This document shows positions 54,721 to 64,000 of a DNA stretch of 64,000 bases, one piece after another. This DNA is from Candidatus Levyibacteriota bacterium (GTDB lineage: Bacteria > Patescibacteriota > Microgenomatia > Levybacterales > GWA1-39-11). The stretch spans positions 36,728-100,727 of the forward strand of contig JBLMVJ010000014.1 in assembly GCA_050255815.1 (NCBI GenBank), given 5' to 3'. How positions within the stretch are numbered: position 1 is the stretch's first letter; each line of letters begins with the position of its first letter. Position numbers and translations under genes: made by a program. The notes below the pieces were generated by a model. That model made no database searches, was not told the DNA's origin, and was given only the letters and a program-made list of their open reading frames with translations.

Positions 54721-56689
54721 GGTGGACCCTTTCTCTTTCAAGTTTTGCTACATCTGCCGCTTTCAATACATATTCCGTGTCATCATTAAATGTCCTTTTT
54801 ATCACGCAGAAGATTGCGCCTATAGCCCCGAGCACAATAAGCCAGACCAAATGCCAGACAAAGGCAAACCCAACAAGGAAAATGCATCCTGCCAGATACA
54901 TGCCCATGGCTGTATTTTTAGGCAACGTTATATCCTCATACACCACCCGCTGTTTCTTTTTACCCGATTCTTTCATCTCCCAAAATGCATCCCGGGATTT
55001 CACTTCCGGGATAACAGCAAAATTGTAAAACGGGGCAGGGGAGTGTGTTGCCCATTCCAGAGTCCTGCCGTTCCAGGGATCACCCGTAAGGTCCTTCAGT
55101 TTTTTCCGCTGCCTGATGCTGACAACAACCTGGATTATCTGTGAAGCAACTGCTATCCCTAAAATGCATGCCCCTATAAAAGAGGTGATAAACAGCGGCT
55201 GCCAATGGGTTGCAGCGTCATAATGGTCAAGCCTTCTGGTTGCGCCCATCATGCCCAGAATATACAAGGGAACAAAGGAAACAAAAAATCCAACAAGCCA
55301 AAGCCAAAAGGAAATCTTTCCAATACGTTCATTCAGCCTAAACCCGGTCACTTTTGGGAACCAATACGTTATGCCGGCAAAGATGCCAAACACTGCGCCC
55401 CCTATAGCCATAGTATGGAAATGCGCTACTAAAAATAAACTGTTATGCAGCTGGAAGTCAGCCGGAGGAAGTGCCAGGAGCATGCCTGCCATGCCTCCAA
55501 AGGTAAAGGTAGACATAAATCCAAAAAACCACATCAGGGGGGTATGGAATCTGATCCTGCCTTTATACATGGTTCCCAGCCAGCTTAAGAATTGGACGCT
55601 GGTAGGGATGGCAATAAACATGGTCATAATGCCAAAGAACGCATTAATATCCGCGCCGGACCCCATAGTGAAAAAGTGGTGGAGCCAAACCCAAATAGAG
55701 AGGACAGTGATACCTATTGCGCCGGCAACCAAAGAGACATAGCCTGCCAACCTTTTTTGGGAGAATGTTGCAACAACCTCAGAATAGACGCCAAAAGCGG
55801 GAAGGATAAGGATATACACCTCCGGGTGTCCCCACATCCAGATAAGGTTTACATACATCATGGCGCTCCCCCCCAATGTAGCGGTAAAAAAGTGCATGCC
55901 AAACAAGCGGTCTAATGAGAGAAGGGCAGTGGTTGCAGCCAGGATAGGAAAAACAGTGATGATCAAAACTGAGCTGCAAAGGGATGTCCATACAAATAAC
56001 GGCATTCTCATAAGGCTCATGCCCGGTGCACGCATTTTCAAAATGGTAACCAGGAAATTGATTCCCCCCAGTGTTGTCCCAAGCCCTGAAACCTGCAGGC
56101 TCCAGATCCAATAATCCACGCCAACCCCCGGACTAAACTGGGATTCTGACAGGGGCGCCACCGCAAGCCAACCGGTAGCAGAAAACTCTCCCCCTAAGAC
56201 AAAAAACAGGTTCACTAAAATTGCACCGGCAACATAGAGCCAGAAACCCAGGGTATTCAAAAACGGGGAAGCAAGGTCCCTGGTGCCTATCTGCAGGGGA
56301 ACAATAATATTTAAAAGCCCGAACAAAAAACCCATGGTAACAAAAAAGACCATGATAACACCGTGGGCGGTGAATACCTGCTGGAAGTGGTCGGCAGACA
56401 GGTATCCGTGGGATGCTCCTACTGATATGGATTGTTGTGCCCATATCATGAACGCGTCCAAAACGCCACGGATAAACATGAGAAAGGCAACAATTATGTA
56501 CATGATCCCGATTTTTTTTGGGTCCACGGCAGTTAACCATTCACGCCAGAGCCATTGCCACCTTTTCAGTTTTGTAATCAGAAGGACGGTTGCTATCATC
56601 ATGGCGGTGACAAAAACCGTACCGCCTATGGTGAACCACTCATGGGGTAATGCACTGAGAGTAAGACGGCCAAAAATAAATTCAAGCAT
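54713..56689 (-). CDS. cyoB: Cytochrome bo3 quinol oxidase subunit I (heme-copper oxidase catalytic subunit).
   Basis: 658 aa with canonical HCO subunit I features (HPEVYILILPAFG; the histidine-ligand pairs HH..TMG and VAHFHTM). Confidence 0.9.
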   Translation of the reverse strand: MLEFIFGRLTLSALPHEWFTIGGTVFVTAMMIATVLLITKLKRWQWLWREWLTAVDPKKIGIMYIIVAFLMFIRGVLDAFMIWAQQSISVGASHGYLSADHFQQVFTAHGVIMVFFVTMGFLFGLLNIIVPLQIGTRDLASPFLNTLGFWLYVAGAILVNLFFVLGGEFSATGWLAVAPLSESQFSPGVGVDYWIWSLQVSGLGTTLGGINFLVTILKMRAPGMSLMRMPLFVWTSLCSSVLIITVFPILAATTALLSLDRLFGMHFFTATLGGSAMMYVNLIWMWGHPEVYILILPAFGVYSEVVATFSQKRLAGYVSLVAGAIGITVLSIWVWLHHFFTMGSGADINAFFGIMTMFIAIPTSVQFLSWLGTMYKGRIRFHTPLMWFFGFMSTFTFGGMAGMLLALPPADFQLHNSLFLVAHFHTMAIGGAVFGIFAGITYWFPKVTGFRLNERIGKISFWLWLVGFFVSFVPLYILGMMGATRRLDHYDAATHWQPLFITSFIGACILGIAVASQIIQVVVSIRQRKKLKDLTGDPWNGRTLEWATHSPAPFYNFAVIPEVKSRDAFWEMKESGKKKQRVVYEDITLPKNTAMGMYLAGCIFLVGFAFVWHLVWLIVLGAIGAIFCVIKRTFNDDTEYVLKAADVAKLERERVHHG

Positions 56690-56692
56690 AGT

Positions 56693-57559
56693 TTAATGGA
56701 CCTTTTGTACAGAAGGAAGCATATACTTCATTAGCACTTCATTATACAAATTTGGATCAACGTTTGAATAGAAGGCAGGCGGATTATTTTCACTTGGCTT
56801 TAAAAGCTCCTGGTAGCTTGTTCCATTAAGGACTTGCGGATATGACCGGACAGAGCCTACCCAGGTATTAAACTCCTGGGGTGTTACTGCTTTCACCCTG
56901 AATTTCATGCCTGAAAACCCTGCCCCATTTATTTCTGCAGCAGATCCTCTATATTCACCCGGAGTATTTGCTTCCAGATGAATCTGCGTTTTCATACCGG
57001 TCATTGCATACATTTGTCCTCCTAATTGCGGAATCCAAAAAGAATTCATGGGGCCGTCAGAAGTAAGCTCAAAAGTAATAGGGGTGTCCAGCGGGATCTC
57101 AATAAAATTAACGGTTGCTATCTTCTGGTCCGGATAAATAAATAACCATTTCCACCTGAGTGCTACCACCTGAATAGTAACCGGAGGGGTACTTCCTGCA
57201 AGTTTCTTATAGGGGTCCAACTCGTGGGTAAATTTCCAATTCAGAAATGCCATAAAAAGAATGACGGTAATGGGGATTATCCATTTGAGCACCGCTGCGT
57301 TGCGGGTAAGTTTCCAGTCAGGGGCGTATGTTCCGCGTGATCCTTCTTTATATTTTACCGCTATAAAAAAGGCAAGCAAAAATACCGGGATAGCACAAGA
57401 AAGCATGATGAGGACCATAGTTATCAGTAAGTTTTTTTCAGAACGCGCAATAATTCCCTCAGGGGTAAGAAGCGCAACGGTTCCATTTCCAATCAGGAGG
57501 GTTATGACTAGCGCAGCATCCAGAAGACACAGTATGAAAATGGTCAATTTTATTTTCAT
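56693..57559 (-). CDS. cyoA: Cytochrome bo3 quinol oxidase subunit II.
   Basis: NSFWIPQLGGQMYAMTGMKTQIHLEANTPGEYRGSAAEINGAGFSGMKFRVKAV is near-colinear with the E. coli CyoA C-terminal domain. The CuA ligands (Cys pair) are absent (SAAEINGAGFSGM), which indicates a quinol oxidase rather than a cytochrome c oxidase. Confidence 0.85.
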   Translation of the reverse strand: MKIKLTIFILCLLDAALVITLLIGNGTVALLTPEGIIARSEKNLLITMVLIMLSCAIPVFLLAFFIAVKYKEGSRGTYAPDWKLTRNAAVLKWIIPITVILFMAFLNWKFTHELDPYKKLAGSTPPVTIQVVALRWKWLFIYPDQKIATVNFIEIPLDTPITFELTSDGPMNSFWIPQLGGQMYAMTGMKTQIHLEANTPGEYRGSAAEINGAGFSGMKFRVKAVTPQEFNTWVGSVRSYPQVLNGTSYQELLKPSENNPPAFYSNVDPNLYNEVLMKYMLPSVQKVH

Positions 57560-57605
57560 GAGGGGACACTTTCAGTATAGCATTTTCAACATGTTTTAAT
57601 AAAAA

Positions 57606-59540
57606 CTATTTGCCCAGGAGTATTTCCAGAAGAGTATTAAGGGGCATGGTAGCTACGCCAACCACTGAATCACCACCGCCATAGTACAGATAAATGATGC
57701 CGTTGATTACTACCGCACCGCATGCAAACACCACGTTAGGTACCTGTCCGGTCAGTTCATACGGCATTTCAGGATCAAATACGGGGTCCTCAGTCCTGGC
57801 TAAAATCTTCCGGGGGTCATTGTAGTCTAAGAGCATTGCACCGGTTTTATAATAGAAACCCGGTTCCTGCACGCCGTGATACAGGAGGACCCAGCCGTGC
57901 TCAGTTTCTATAGGAGGAGCCGCAATGCCTATCTTTACGTTGTCCCACCGGTCTTTCCTGGCCTGTGCAATAATACCGCCGGTTAAAAACTTTTTATCAG
58001 GGAATTCCAGGTCCCGTAAAAAGTCCAGCCAGATGACTTCCCCCAGCCTATGGAAGGCAATATATCCGTCTCCTGACTTTTTCTTAATGATGCATGCATC
58101 TTTATCATCAACGCCGGGAGGGGAAATAAGCTTGGGTTTTTCCCAGATCCAATTTTTAGCCAGAAAATCTTTGACTAAGATGGAAGTCATGGCAACCCGG
58201 GGAGGATTTTTTCCGTCATATGCAGTGTAGGTCATGTAAAACCTATCGTCTATTTTTGTAATTCGGGGGTCTTCACATCCGGAATTTCCTTTGGGTGCCG
58301 TTTTTTTCTCAAAGCTTTCCCGGGGTATATAAATTGGGTAATTGAGGATCTCATCTATATGGAGGCCGTCTCTGCTGTTGGCATAGCCAAAAACAGACGT
58401 GCCGTCATGGGATTGCGCGCGGTATATGATATGGACTTTCCCGTCTTCATAAATTGCAGCAGGGTTATAGGTGGCGTAGCCCTGCCACTCTAATTCCAGG
58501 ACAGGAGAAATGATAGGGTTTCCCTCAAATCTGGTAAATTTGCGGAATTCCGGATTCATGGAGAGGGTTTCCGGAGATGCTTTAGGCAGCATGTCACCCA
58601 AGAGTTCATTCAAGTCACAGAAAGCTACAGCGCAGCTGGTATCCGCAGCACCGTAATAGACCATCAGCTTTCCGTTTTGTACCAGAGCTCCTGACGGAAA
58701 GATCACATTTGGTACAATGCCCTTTAGTTCATATTCTTCCGAAGGGGTAATAAGCGGTTGGGAGGTCCTGCCTATAATCTTGTGGGGATCGTTCAAGTCT
58801 AACAGTATAGCCTCTATACCAAAGGTCTTTTTATTGGAAAGGTAGTTGCCTATATAGGAGTAAATAATAAGCCACCCTTTATCAGTTTTAATAGGAGGGG
58901 AGCCCAGTTCTACCTGGTCCCGGACGTCCCGCATAAGGTGGAGGATGTGGTTGTTGGCATTGTCATACCACTCTGTCCAGTAAAATGGTGACCACATGTC
59001 TTCAATCCGGTCAAACAGTGCCAGGGCAATTTTTGCAGGAGGCAGGTCAGTGTTGATAGTAAGAAGTGCCGCATATTTTCCGTTCACTTTTTCAGGAAAC
59101 ATCCCCATAGCTTTAGAGTTAAAGGTGGTTACCTGATGCTTTTCAAACGTCTGGAAATCAGAGGTTATGGCAACGGCAAGTTTTATGCCGTATGCACTGA
59201 AAGGGTAGGTGGAGAGGGCAGTATAGAAGATGTAAAACTTCCCGTCCATATAGGTAATCCGCGGGTCCTCACATCCGTATGTTTCCCAGACCTCCGTAGG
59301 GACAATAAGCTGTTTATGTTCCCCAAAATGTACGCCGTCAGAGCTGGTGGCATACCCTATGGTGGAAACCTGCATAGTGACGCCGTTTTGTTGGGTAGGG
59401 GAAGAAAATGCCCTATAGACCATGTGGTAGACTCCGTCTACCTCTACTACGCAGCCGTTAAAAGCACCATCATGTTCCCATGCGTGGTTCTGGTTAGGGG
59501 TTAGGATCGGATTGTCTTGCGATCTTGTTAAGGTGACCAT
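57606..59540 (-). CDS. Tandem double GH130-family domain protein (644 aa).
   Basis: Two copies of the GH130 core motif (GCEDPRITYMDGKFYIFYTA and GCEDPRITKIDDRFYMTYTAYDGKNPPRVAMTSI). Confidence 0.7.
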   Translation of the reverse strand: MVTLTRSQDNPILTPNQNHAWEHDGAFNGCVVEVDGVYHMVYRAFSSPTQQNGVTMQVSTIGYATSSDGVHFGEHKQLIVPTEVWETYGCEDPRITYMDGKFYIFYTALSTYPFSAYGIKLAVAITSDFQTFEKHQVTTFNSKAMGMFPEKVNGKYAALLTINTDLPPAKIALALFDRIEDMWSPFYWTEWYDNANNHILHLMRDVRDQVELGSPPIKTDKGWLIIYSYIGNYLSNKKTFGIEAILLDLNDPHKIIGRTSQPLITPSEEYELKGIVPNVIFPSGALVQNGKLMVYYGAADTSCAVAFCDLNELLGDMLPKASPETLSMNPEFRKFTRFEGNPIISPVLELEWQGYATYNPAAIYEDGKVHIIYRAQSHDGTSVFGYANSRDGLHIDEILNYPIYIPRESFEKKTAPKGNSGCEDPRITKIDDRFYMTYTAYDGKNPPRVAMTSILVKDFLAKNWIWEKPKLISPPGVDDKDACIIKKKSGDGYIAFHRLGEVIWLDFLRDLEFPDKKFLTGGIIAQARKDRWDNVKIGIAAPPIETEHGWVLLYHGVQEPGFYYKTGAMLLDYNDPRKILARTEDPVFDPEMPYELTGQVPNVVFACGAVVINGIIYLYYGGGDSVVGVATMPLNTLLEILLGK

Positions 59541-59581
59541 GATTATCCTACGGAAAGGCTCTGGATAAAGAATAACACGTT

Positions 59582-61393
59582 TTAGTTAAACAGCGTGTTA
59601 GGAATTTTCCTCAGTTTGGGTTCCTGGTTGTGCTTCATTTCCTTGAGGAAGGTGGATAAATCAGCACTTGCAGCACAAACCACCGTATCGGCACCGCCAT
59701 AGTAGACGTGAAGTTTATCATTCATTGCAACTGCGCCGCATGGATAGACAACGCCTGCCTTAAAACCGTCATTCTCATACTTTTCCACAGGTTCTACAAT
59801 AGGGGAGTTGGTCCGGTACAGGACCTTAGAAGGGTTTTCCAAATCCAGCAACATAGCCCCAATTTTATATTTGCCCGGGTCCTGGTAGCCTACTGACTGG
59901 TATACAAACAGCCATCCATCTTCAGTTTTAATAGGAGGTGCCCCGGCGCCAATCTTTTTGCTGTCCCAGAATTTCTTCCGGGGCGGAATAAAGTGATGTC
60001 CCTGTAGGTACGTATTTTCAAAGGAGAGGTCATCTACGTAATCAACCAGGATATTAGGGTAGATCCTGTGGAAGACAACATATTTGCCTTTAATTTTCTC
60101 CGGGAAGATAACTGCATTTTTATTCACCATGCCCGGTGCAGAGATGAGCTTTGGTTTTTCCCAGTTATCCCAGCGCTTGTTCAAAAAGTCGTCAACTGAA
60201 ATAGAGGTGAGCGCAACGCGCGGCGGATTTGCCCCGTCAAAGGCCACATAAGTCATATAGAATTTATCATCTACTTTTGTAATGCGCGGGTCTTCCACGC
60301 CCCCATAGCCTCCTCCGGACATGAAATGCTCTGCAATGCTTTTGAACGCGTTATTGCCGGGTGTCTCAAAAGGTTCACGCGGAATATATACAGGTTCAAT
60401 AGAGCGGTCATCTATATGGATCCCGTCAGAGCTGGTTGCATATCCCAACACGGAAAGGTCAGTGTCCCCCAAGGCACGGTACAGGAAGTGGACTTTTCCA
60501 TCTTCATAAACTGCTGCCGTGTTAAAAGTAGCCCGTGATTCCCACGGCCTGTGTTCTTGCGGAGAAATAATAGGATTGTTTTCAGCCTTTTTAAACATGG
60601 GCTGGAACACTTTATCTTTCAGTCCGGTTGTTATAGTAGGGATTTGGCAGGTAACCGTGTATAAACTTTCCTGTCCTATTACCCAGTAGAGGATGAGCTG
60701 GTCTTCTGAAACAACTGCGCCTAATGGTGCCACTTCTTCCCGGGAAAGTTCTTCCGGCTGTTCCCAGATAGGCTCGTCAGACCGCCAAACGTATTTCAAC
60801 GGATTTTCCCTGTCAAACAGCGCTGCGCCTACCGCATACCTATTATCCTTTTTCACATAGTAGGTGAGTAAAATGTGGTCACCAATTACCCATGCATTTC
60901 CGGTTTCCAGGTCTCCATTATCAAAAAAGTTCTGGCGTTTTTCCAGTACAGCCGTTTTTTCTGCTTTCCAGGTCAACAGGTCTGTTGATGTAGCAGCTTT
61001 TATAGCTTTTTCCCCATAATACATAACAAATGCATCATGAAACACATAGTCGGGTATTACTGCGGCGGTTTCTTTGATACCCCTCACTGTCCCGGTTTTT
61101 TCCCAAAGTGTTAAATTAGTGGATACTGCAGACTGCAGGGAGGTAGTGTTCTTTGTTTCTTTATAGGTTAAAAAGTATTGGTTCCCCAGCTTTGCCACCC
61201 TGAACCCTGACCAATTGTAGGATTTTTCGTCCCTTCCCTTATTGTCCATGAGAAAGACATGGTCATATTTGAGCGCATTCTGAAAGTCGGTAGAGGAGGT
61301 GACTGCTTTTAAGAAGAGGTATTTTCCTTCCGGTTGCAGATAGTATAAGAGAGAGTCGGCCCCTTTTTGGGTAGTTCCTATAAATTTAATCAT
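59582..61393 (-). CDS. Tandem GH130-family domain protein (603 aa). The N-terminal domain is divergent.
   Basis: C-terminal half has GVEDPRITKVDDKFYMTYVAFDGANPPRVALTSI. The N-terminal half is a more divergent beta-propeller-like repeat. Confidence 0.65.
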   Translation of the reverse strand: MIKFIGTTQKGADSLLYYLQPEGKYLFLKAVTSSTDFQNALKYDHVFLMDNKGRDEKSYNWSGFRVAKLGNQYFLTYKETKNTTSLQSAVSTNLTLWEKTGTVRGIKETAAVIPDYVFHDAFVMYYGEKAIKAATSTDLLTWKAEKTAVLEKRQNFFDNGDLETGNAWVIGDHILLTYYVKKDNRYAVGAALFDRENPLKYVWRSDEPIWEQPEELSREEVAPLGAVVSEDQLILYWVIGQESLYTVTCQIPTITTGLKDKVFQPMFKKAENNPIISPQEHRPWESRATFNTAAVYEDGKVHFLYRALGDTDLSVLGYATSSDGIHIDDRSIEPVYIPREPFETPGNNAFKSIAEHFMSGGGYGGVEDPRITKVDDKFYMTYVAFDGANPPRVALTSISVDDFLNKRWDNWEKPKLISAPGMVNKNAVIFPEKIKGKYVVFHRIYPNILVDYVDDLSFENTYLQGHHFIPPRKKFWDSKKIGAGAPPIKTEDGWLFVYQSVGYQDPGKYKIGAMLLDLENPSKVLYRTNSPIVEPVEKYENDGFKAGVVYPCGAVAMNDKLHVYYGGADTVVCAASADLSTFLKEMKHNQEPKLRKIPNTLFN

Positions 61394-61557
61394 GAGATAA
61401 ATTTTCAGGGCTTACGCCCATCACTTTTTTTCACTCGCGTTAAGCTCGCAGAATAACACCAACGAAAAATAGGAGATTTTCCTCCGTATATTTAGTCAAC
61501 AGCATTCCCTTACATTTGTCAATGATTGAAATCACAAAGGTAACCCACAGGTTAGTC

Positions 61558-63234
61558 TCAGTAGCTGCTATAGATAGTAAAGACGTCTTTTTCAGAAAGT
61601 TGCGCACCTCCAATCTTTTTCATAACAGTATTAGCCAGTTGGACTATTTGTTTTGGCTCTGTTGCATACTGCAAAGTACCCAATAAAATGCGGTTATTTT
61701 TATAAAAATCCTTCCCATATACGCTGTCAATTTTTTGTTCTAACAGCCCCTGGTCTTTGGTGAAATAAATATCTGCCATATCTGTTTCCGGAATTGATTT
61801 GAGCATTTGTCTGATAATTTTTACCTGGATGGGATACCCCAGATTGGTGTTAAAATTCAGGCTGTTTTCTATAGCTTGTCTGGCAAAATATTCCGTGAGT
61901 CCTTCCTCAAAAAACGTGTCTGTCAGCCGTTTGTCAGGGATATAGCTGGCATAGTGTAAATATTCATGCACCATGTTCTCAAAATAATCGGCAATAGCAT
62001 GGGGGTTAGTATTGAGAAGTGAAAGCTCCAGCGTGTTTTTATCAGGAGCATAAAAGCCCATTTCATTTGCAATGTTGCCGGTCTGGGCAGTTACTACATT
62101 TTTCTGCGCTTTATAGAAAAGGGAGTAGGCCTGGGCTTCTTTAAGAAGCTGCCGGTCATCAGCCAATTTTTTATTGGCAGTATCTATACCTTTTTGTGCA
62201 TCAGAGACATCTGTTTCCCAGTCCATATAGATTCCTTTGCAGTAGGTATCCGTAAACTTTCTGACAAACTTTCCTTCCCGGAACTCCCCGGCAGAGTAGC
62301 ACTTTTTATATTCAGTTTCCCGCCCTTTATAGGTATCTTCCAGTTTTGATGACGCGGAAATGGTTGCCTCCTGGTCTGTTTTGAGTCCGGCGGAAAGGGT
62401 ACTGATAGATTCATCACTTTCTTTTATCTGGTCCAGAACCCTGTTGTATTTTATCTGTGCGTCTTGTGTCCTGAATGCTATGTATTGTTTTTGGGTCATG
62501 ATAGAAATGGTAGGGTAGTGCCTAATAGGGCGGTTGGAGAAATAATTTTTAACAAATAAATAACTGAGATAGGGGCTTACCGCCTGTATATCATGCTGGT
62601 TAATCTGGGTAAAAATAAGCGTATTGTCTAAGAGAAGCATGCTCGCAGCAGGCGTAGTAACGGGAAGGATATAAAAATTTGAAATAGAAGGCAGCAGATA
62701 TTTTCCGTAAAAGCTATCCGTACCGGTAATTGCTCTTGCTACGGCAAACACTATTTTAGTCTGGTCCCGGTCAGATGCAATAATTTCAAATGGTGTTGCG
62801 GCTTTTTTTACCGTCTTTACAATACTATTCCGGTCTGTAGTTACCCCTACCAGGCCGGGGTTCATGCTGACACTTGCAGAGATAAGGTTGAGTTCTATTA
62901 CAGCAATAATAAGTAGTGCTGCAAAAGAAAGAAAAAAAGCAACCAGCAAGAGCAGGGACCCATGCATGAGGGAAAATATGAATTTCCGGCGCAGAGGGTA
63001 ATGCTTCTCAATTTTATAGGACCGCACCAGATATAAGCAGGTAGCTAAAAATAATCCTGCCGCAATAAACGGGTGGGCGGCAATAAGAAAAAACAGGTTA
63101 AGTGCATAGAGGAAGAATGGGTGGGAAGTAGGGGACGGGATGTAGTTTAAAAAAAAGGCTATGGTTAAAAATAACGCGGTAAGGATAAAGAGGAGGAATT
63201 GCATTTCACCCTTATTATACTCAAATTCCACCAT
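61558..63234 (-). CDS. Membrane-anchored hypothetical protein with an HExxH motif. Putative zinc metallopeptidase.
   Basis: N-terminal 3-4 TM helices, a central coiled-coil-like region, and a C-terminal HEYLH motif (MVHEYLHYASY) with a downstream Glu (EEGLTEYF). Confidence 0.45.
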   Translation of the reverse strand: MVEFEYNKGEMQFLLFILTALFLTIAFFLNYIPSPTSHPFFLYALNLFFLIAAHPFIAAGLFLATCLYLVRSYKIEKHYPLRRKFIFSLMHGSLLLLVAFFLSFAALLIIAVIELNLISASVSMNPGLVGVTTDRNSIVKTVKKAATPFEIIASDRDQTKIVFAVARAITGTDSFYGKYLLPSISNFYILPVTTPAASMLLLDNTLIFTQINQHDIQAVSPYLSYLFVKNYFSNRPIRHYPTISIMTQKQYIAFRTQDAQIKYNRVLDQIKESDESISTLSAGLKTDQEATISASSKLEDTYKGRETEYKKCYSAGEFREGKFVRKFTDTYCKGIYMDWETDVSDAQKGIDTANKKLADDRQLLKEAQAYSLFYKAQKNVVTAQTGNIANEMGFYAPDKNTLELSLLNTNPHAIADYFENMVHEYLHYASYIPDKRLTDTFFEEGLTEYFARQAIENSLNFNTNLGYPIQVKIIRQMLKSIPETDMADIYFTKDQGLLEQKIDSVYGKDFYKNNRILLGTLQYATEPKQIVQLANTVMKKIGGAQLSEKDVFTIYSSY

Positions 63235-63381
63235 CTTGCAGCCGAAAAAATACCATGAATTTTAGCTGAAGAGAGTATGCAAATTGTATTGCATCTTATA
63301 TTAAATTTGCTCCTTGACTAGCCCTGTTTTTTTTGTTTATATAAGTAATAATTCTAAAGAGGGTATCCTCTTAATCTCTGT

Positions 63382-64000
63382 ATGAGACACAAACTGGCTT
63401 TATATTTTGATCAATTAATTACTCTTTTACTCCTTATAGTAGCCGGATTTACCCCTTTACTTTTCCTGGATAAAACAACTGAATTTTTTGAAATGCCAAA
63501 ATTGGCGTTTTTAGTGGTTGCAACGGTTTTGATCTTAGGCCTTTGGATTTTTTCCTGGATCTTAAAAGGGAAAGTGGTTATTACCAGGACTCCCCTGGAC
63601 TTTCCCCTGTTGTTCTTATTGGGCGTGGTGCTGGTTTCCACATACTTTAGCCCTACCAGGTTTCCTGCTATTTATGGCAACTTCCCGCGGGTCCACGGCT
63701 CTGCAATCTCCTGGGTAGCCTACATATTATTATATTTTGTCACCGTTTCCCAGCTAAAGACGGTCGCAAAGATCAGGACATTTTTATACGTATTATATGG
63801 TAGCGCAGTAGCGGTTGCCCTGGTTACCATCATGTCCTTCTTCCACGCATTCCTTCCCATGGATTATGCAAAAAGCGTAGGGTTTACCCCAACCGGTTCA
63901 TCCTTCTCAACCGCGGCATTTCTTTTACTGCTGTTGCCCCTGCCGCTTCTGTCATTAGTTAAGCCATACAAATATATGCCTGCTCCATTTGCACTAGCTA
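63382..64000 (+). CDS. Partial CDS running off the window end. Polytopic membrane protein (O-antigen-ligase or glycosyltransferase-like N-terminus).
   Basis: Manual translation from the ATG at 63382 (MRHKLALYFDQLITLLLLIVAGF...) stays open to position 64000 with multiple TM helices. It is absent from the ORF track because it has no stop in the window. Confidence 0.45.
   Translation, partial: MRHKLALYFDQLITLLLLIVAGFTPLLFLDKTTEFFEMPKLAFLVVATVLILGLWIFSWILKGKVVITRTPLDFPLLFLLGVVLVSTYFSPTRFPAIYGNFPRVHGSAISWVAYILLYFVTVSQLKTVAKIRTFLYVLYGSAVAVALVTIMSFFHAFLPMDYAKSVGFTPTGSSFSTAAFLLLLLPLPLLSLVKPYKYMPAPFALA

Noticed and set aside
63411-63641. Minus-strand 76-aa ORF near the window end.
   Set aside because: The plus strand carries a long open membrane-protein frame starting at 63382 that runs off the contig, so the minus ORF is a shadow.
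1-64000. CRISPR arrays, DGR or retron (reverse transcriptase) elements, and transposases.
   Set aside because: No regularly spaced direct repeats, no RT motifs (YxDD) and no transposase DDE or HTH proteins were seen anywhere in the window.

Overview
This 64-kb window reads as a compact bacterial genome, probably Patescibacteria/CPR-like. The housekeeping enzymes are minimal in size, and every call here comes from motif recognition by eye with no database search.

Core genes recognised include valS, the rpmH-rnpA-yidC-jag cluster, gap, pgk, a PfkB-family kinase, class II fba, rpiB, rpe, yifB/comM, dnaG, rpoD, two class A PBPs and one tRNA-Asn(GTT).

A cell-envelope block on the left holds a MOP flippase, an RNase H, a DUF4012-like giant protein, a P1B-like ATPase, a CvpA-CAP fusion, PBP1A and an O-antigen-ligase-like protein.

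From about 36.7 kb to the end the content looks accessory. It holds GH130 (x3, two of them double-domain) and GH125 mannoside-processing genes. Next comes an ImmA/IrrE peptidase and a second P-type ATPase. An ArsR-VOC-SRPBCC-DHFR-like-DUF488 operon follows. The complete cytochrome bo3 quinol oxidase operon (cyoABCDE), which closely resembles the E. coli one, is the last of these.

The most unusual observations are:
1. Two tandem paralogous genes sit immediately downstream of rpoD. Each encodes only sigma-70 region 3.2/4, nearly identical to the host RpoD in the recognition helix, fused to a novel shared N-terminal domain.
2. Two CRP-consensus palindromes (TGTGA-N6-TCACA) lie in promoter regions, and the window also encodes a Crp-family regulator whose recognition helix is CRP-like (RET...).
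3. Next to the tRNA there is a cassette-like architecture in which two unrelated small genes carry the same 24-nt 5' motif and the same 34-nt 3' motif. The 3' motif derives from the end of a GH130 gene, and a GH130 C-terminal remnant lies after a 68-aa ORF.
4. The cyo operon sits in an otherwise fermentative-looking genome.

No CRISPR array, integrase, transposase or reverse transcriptase was seen.
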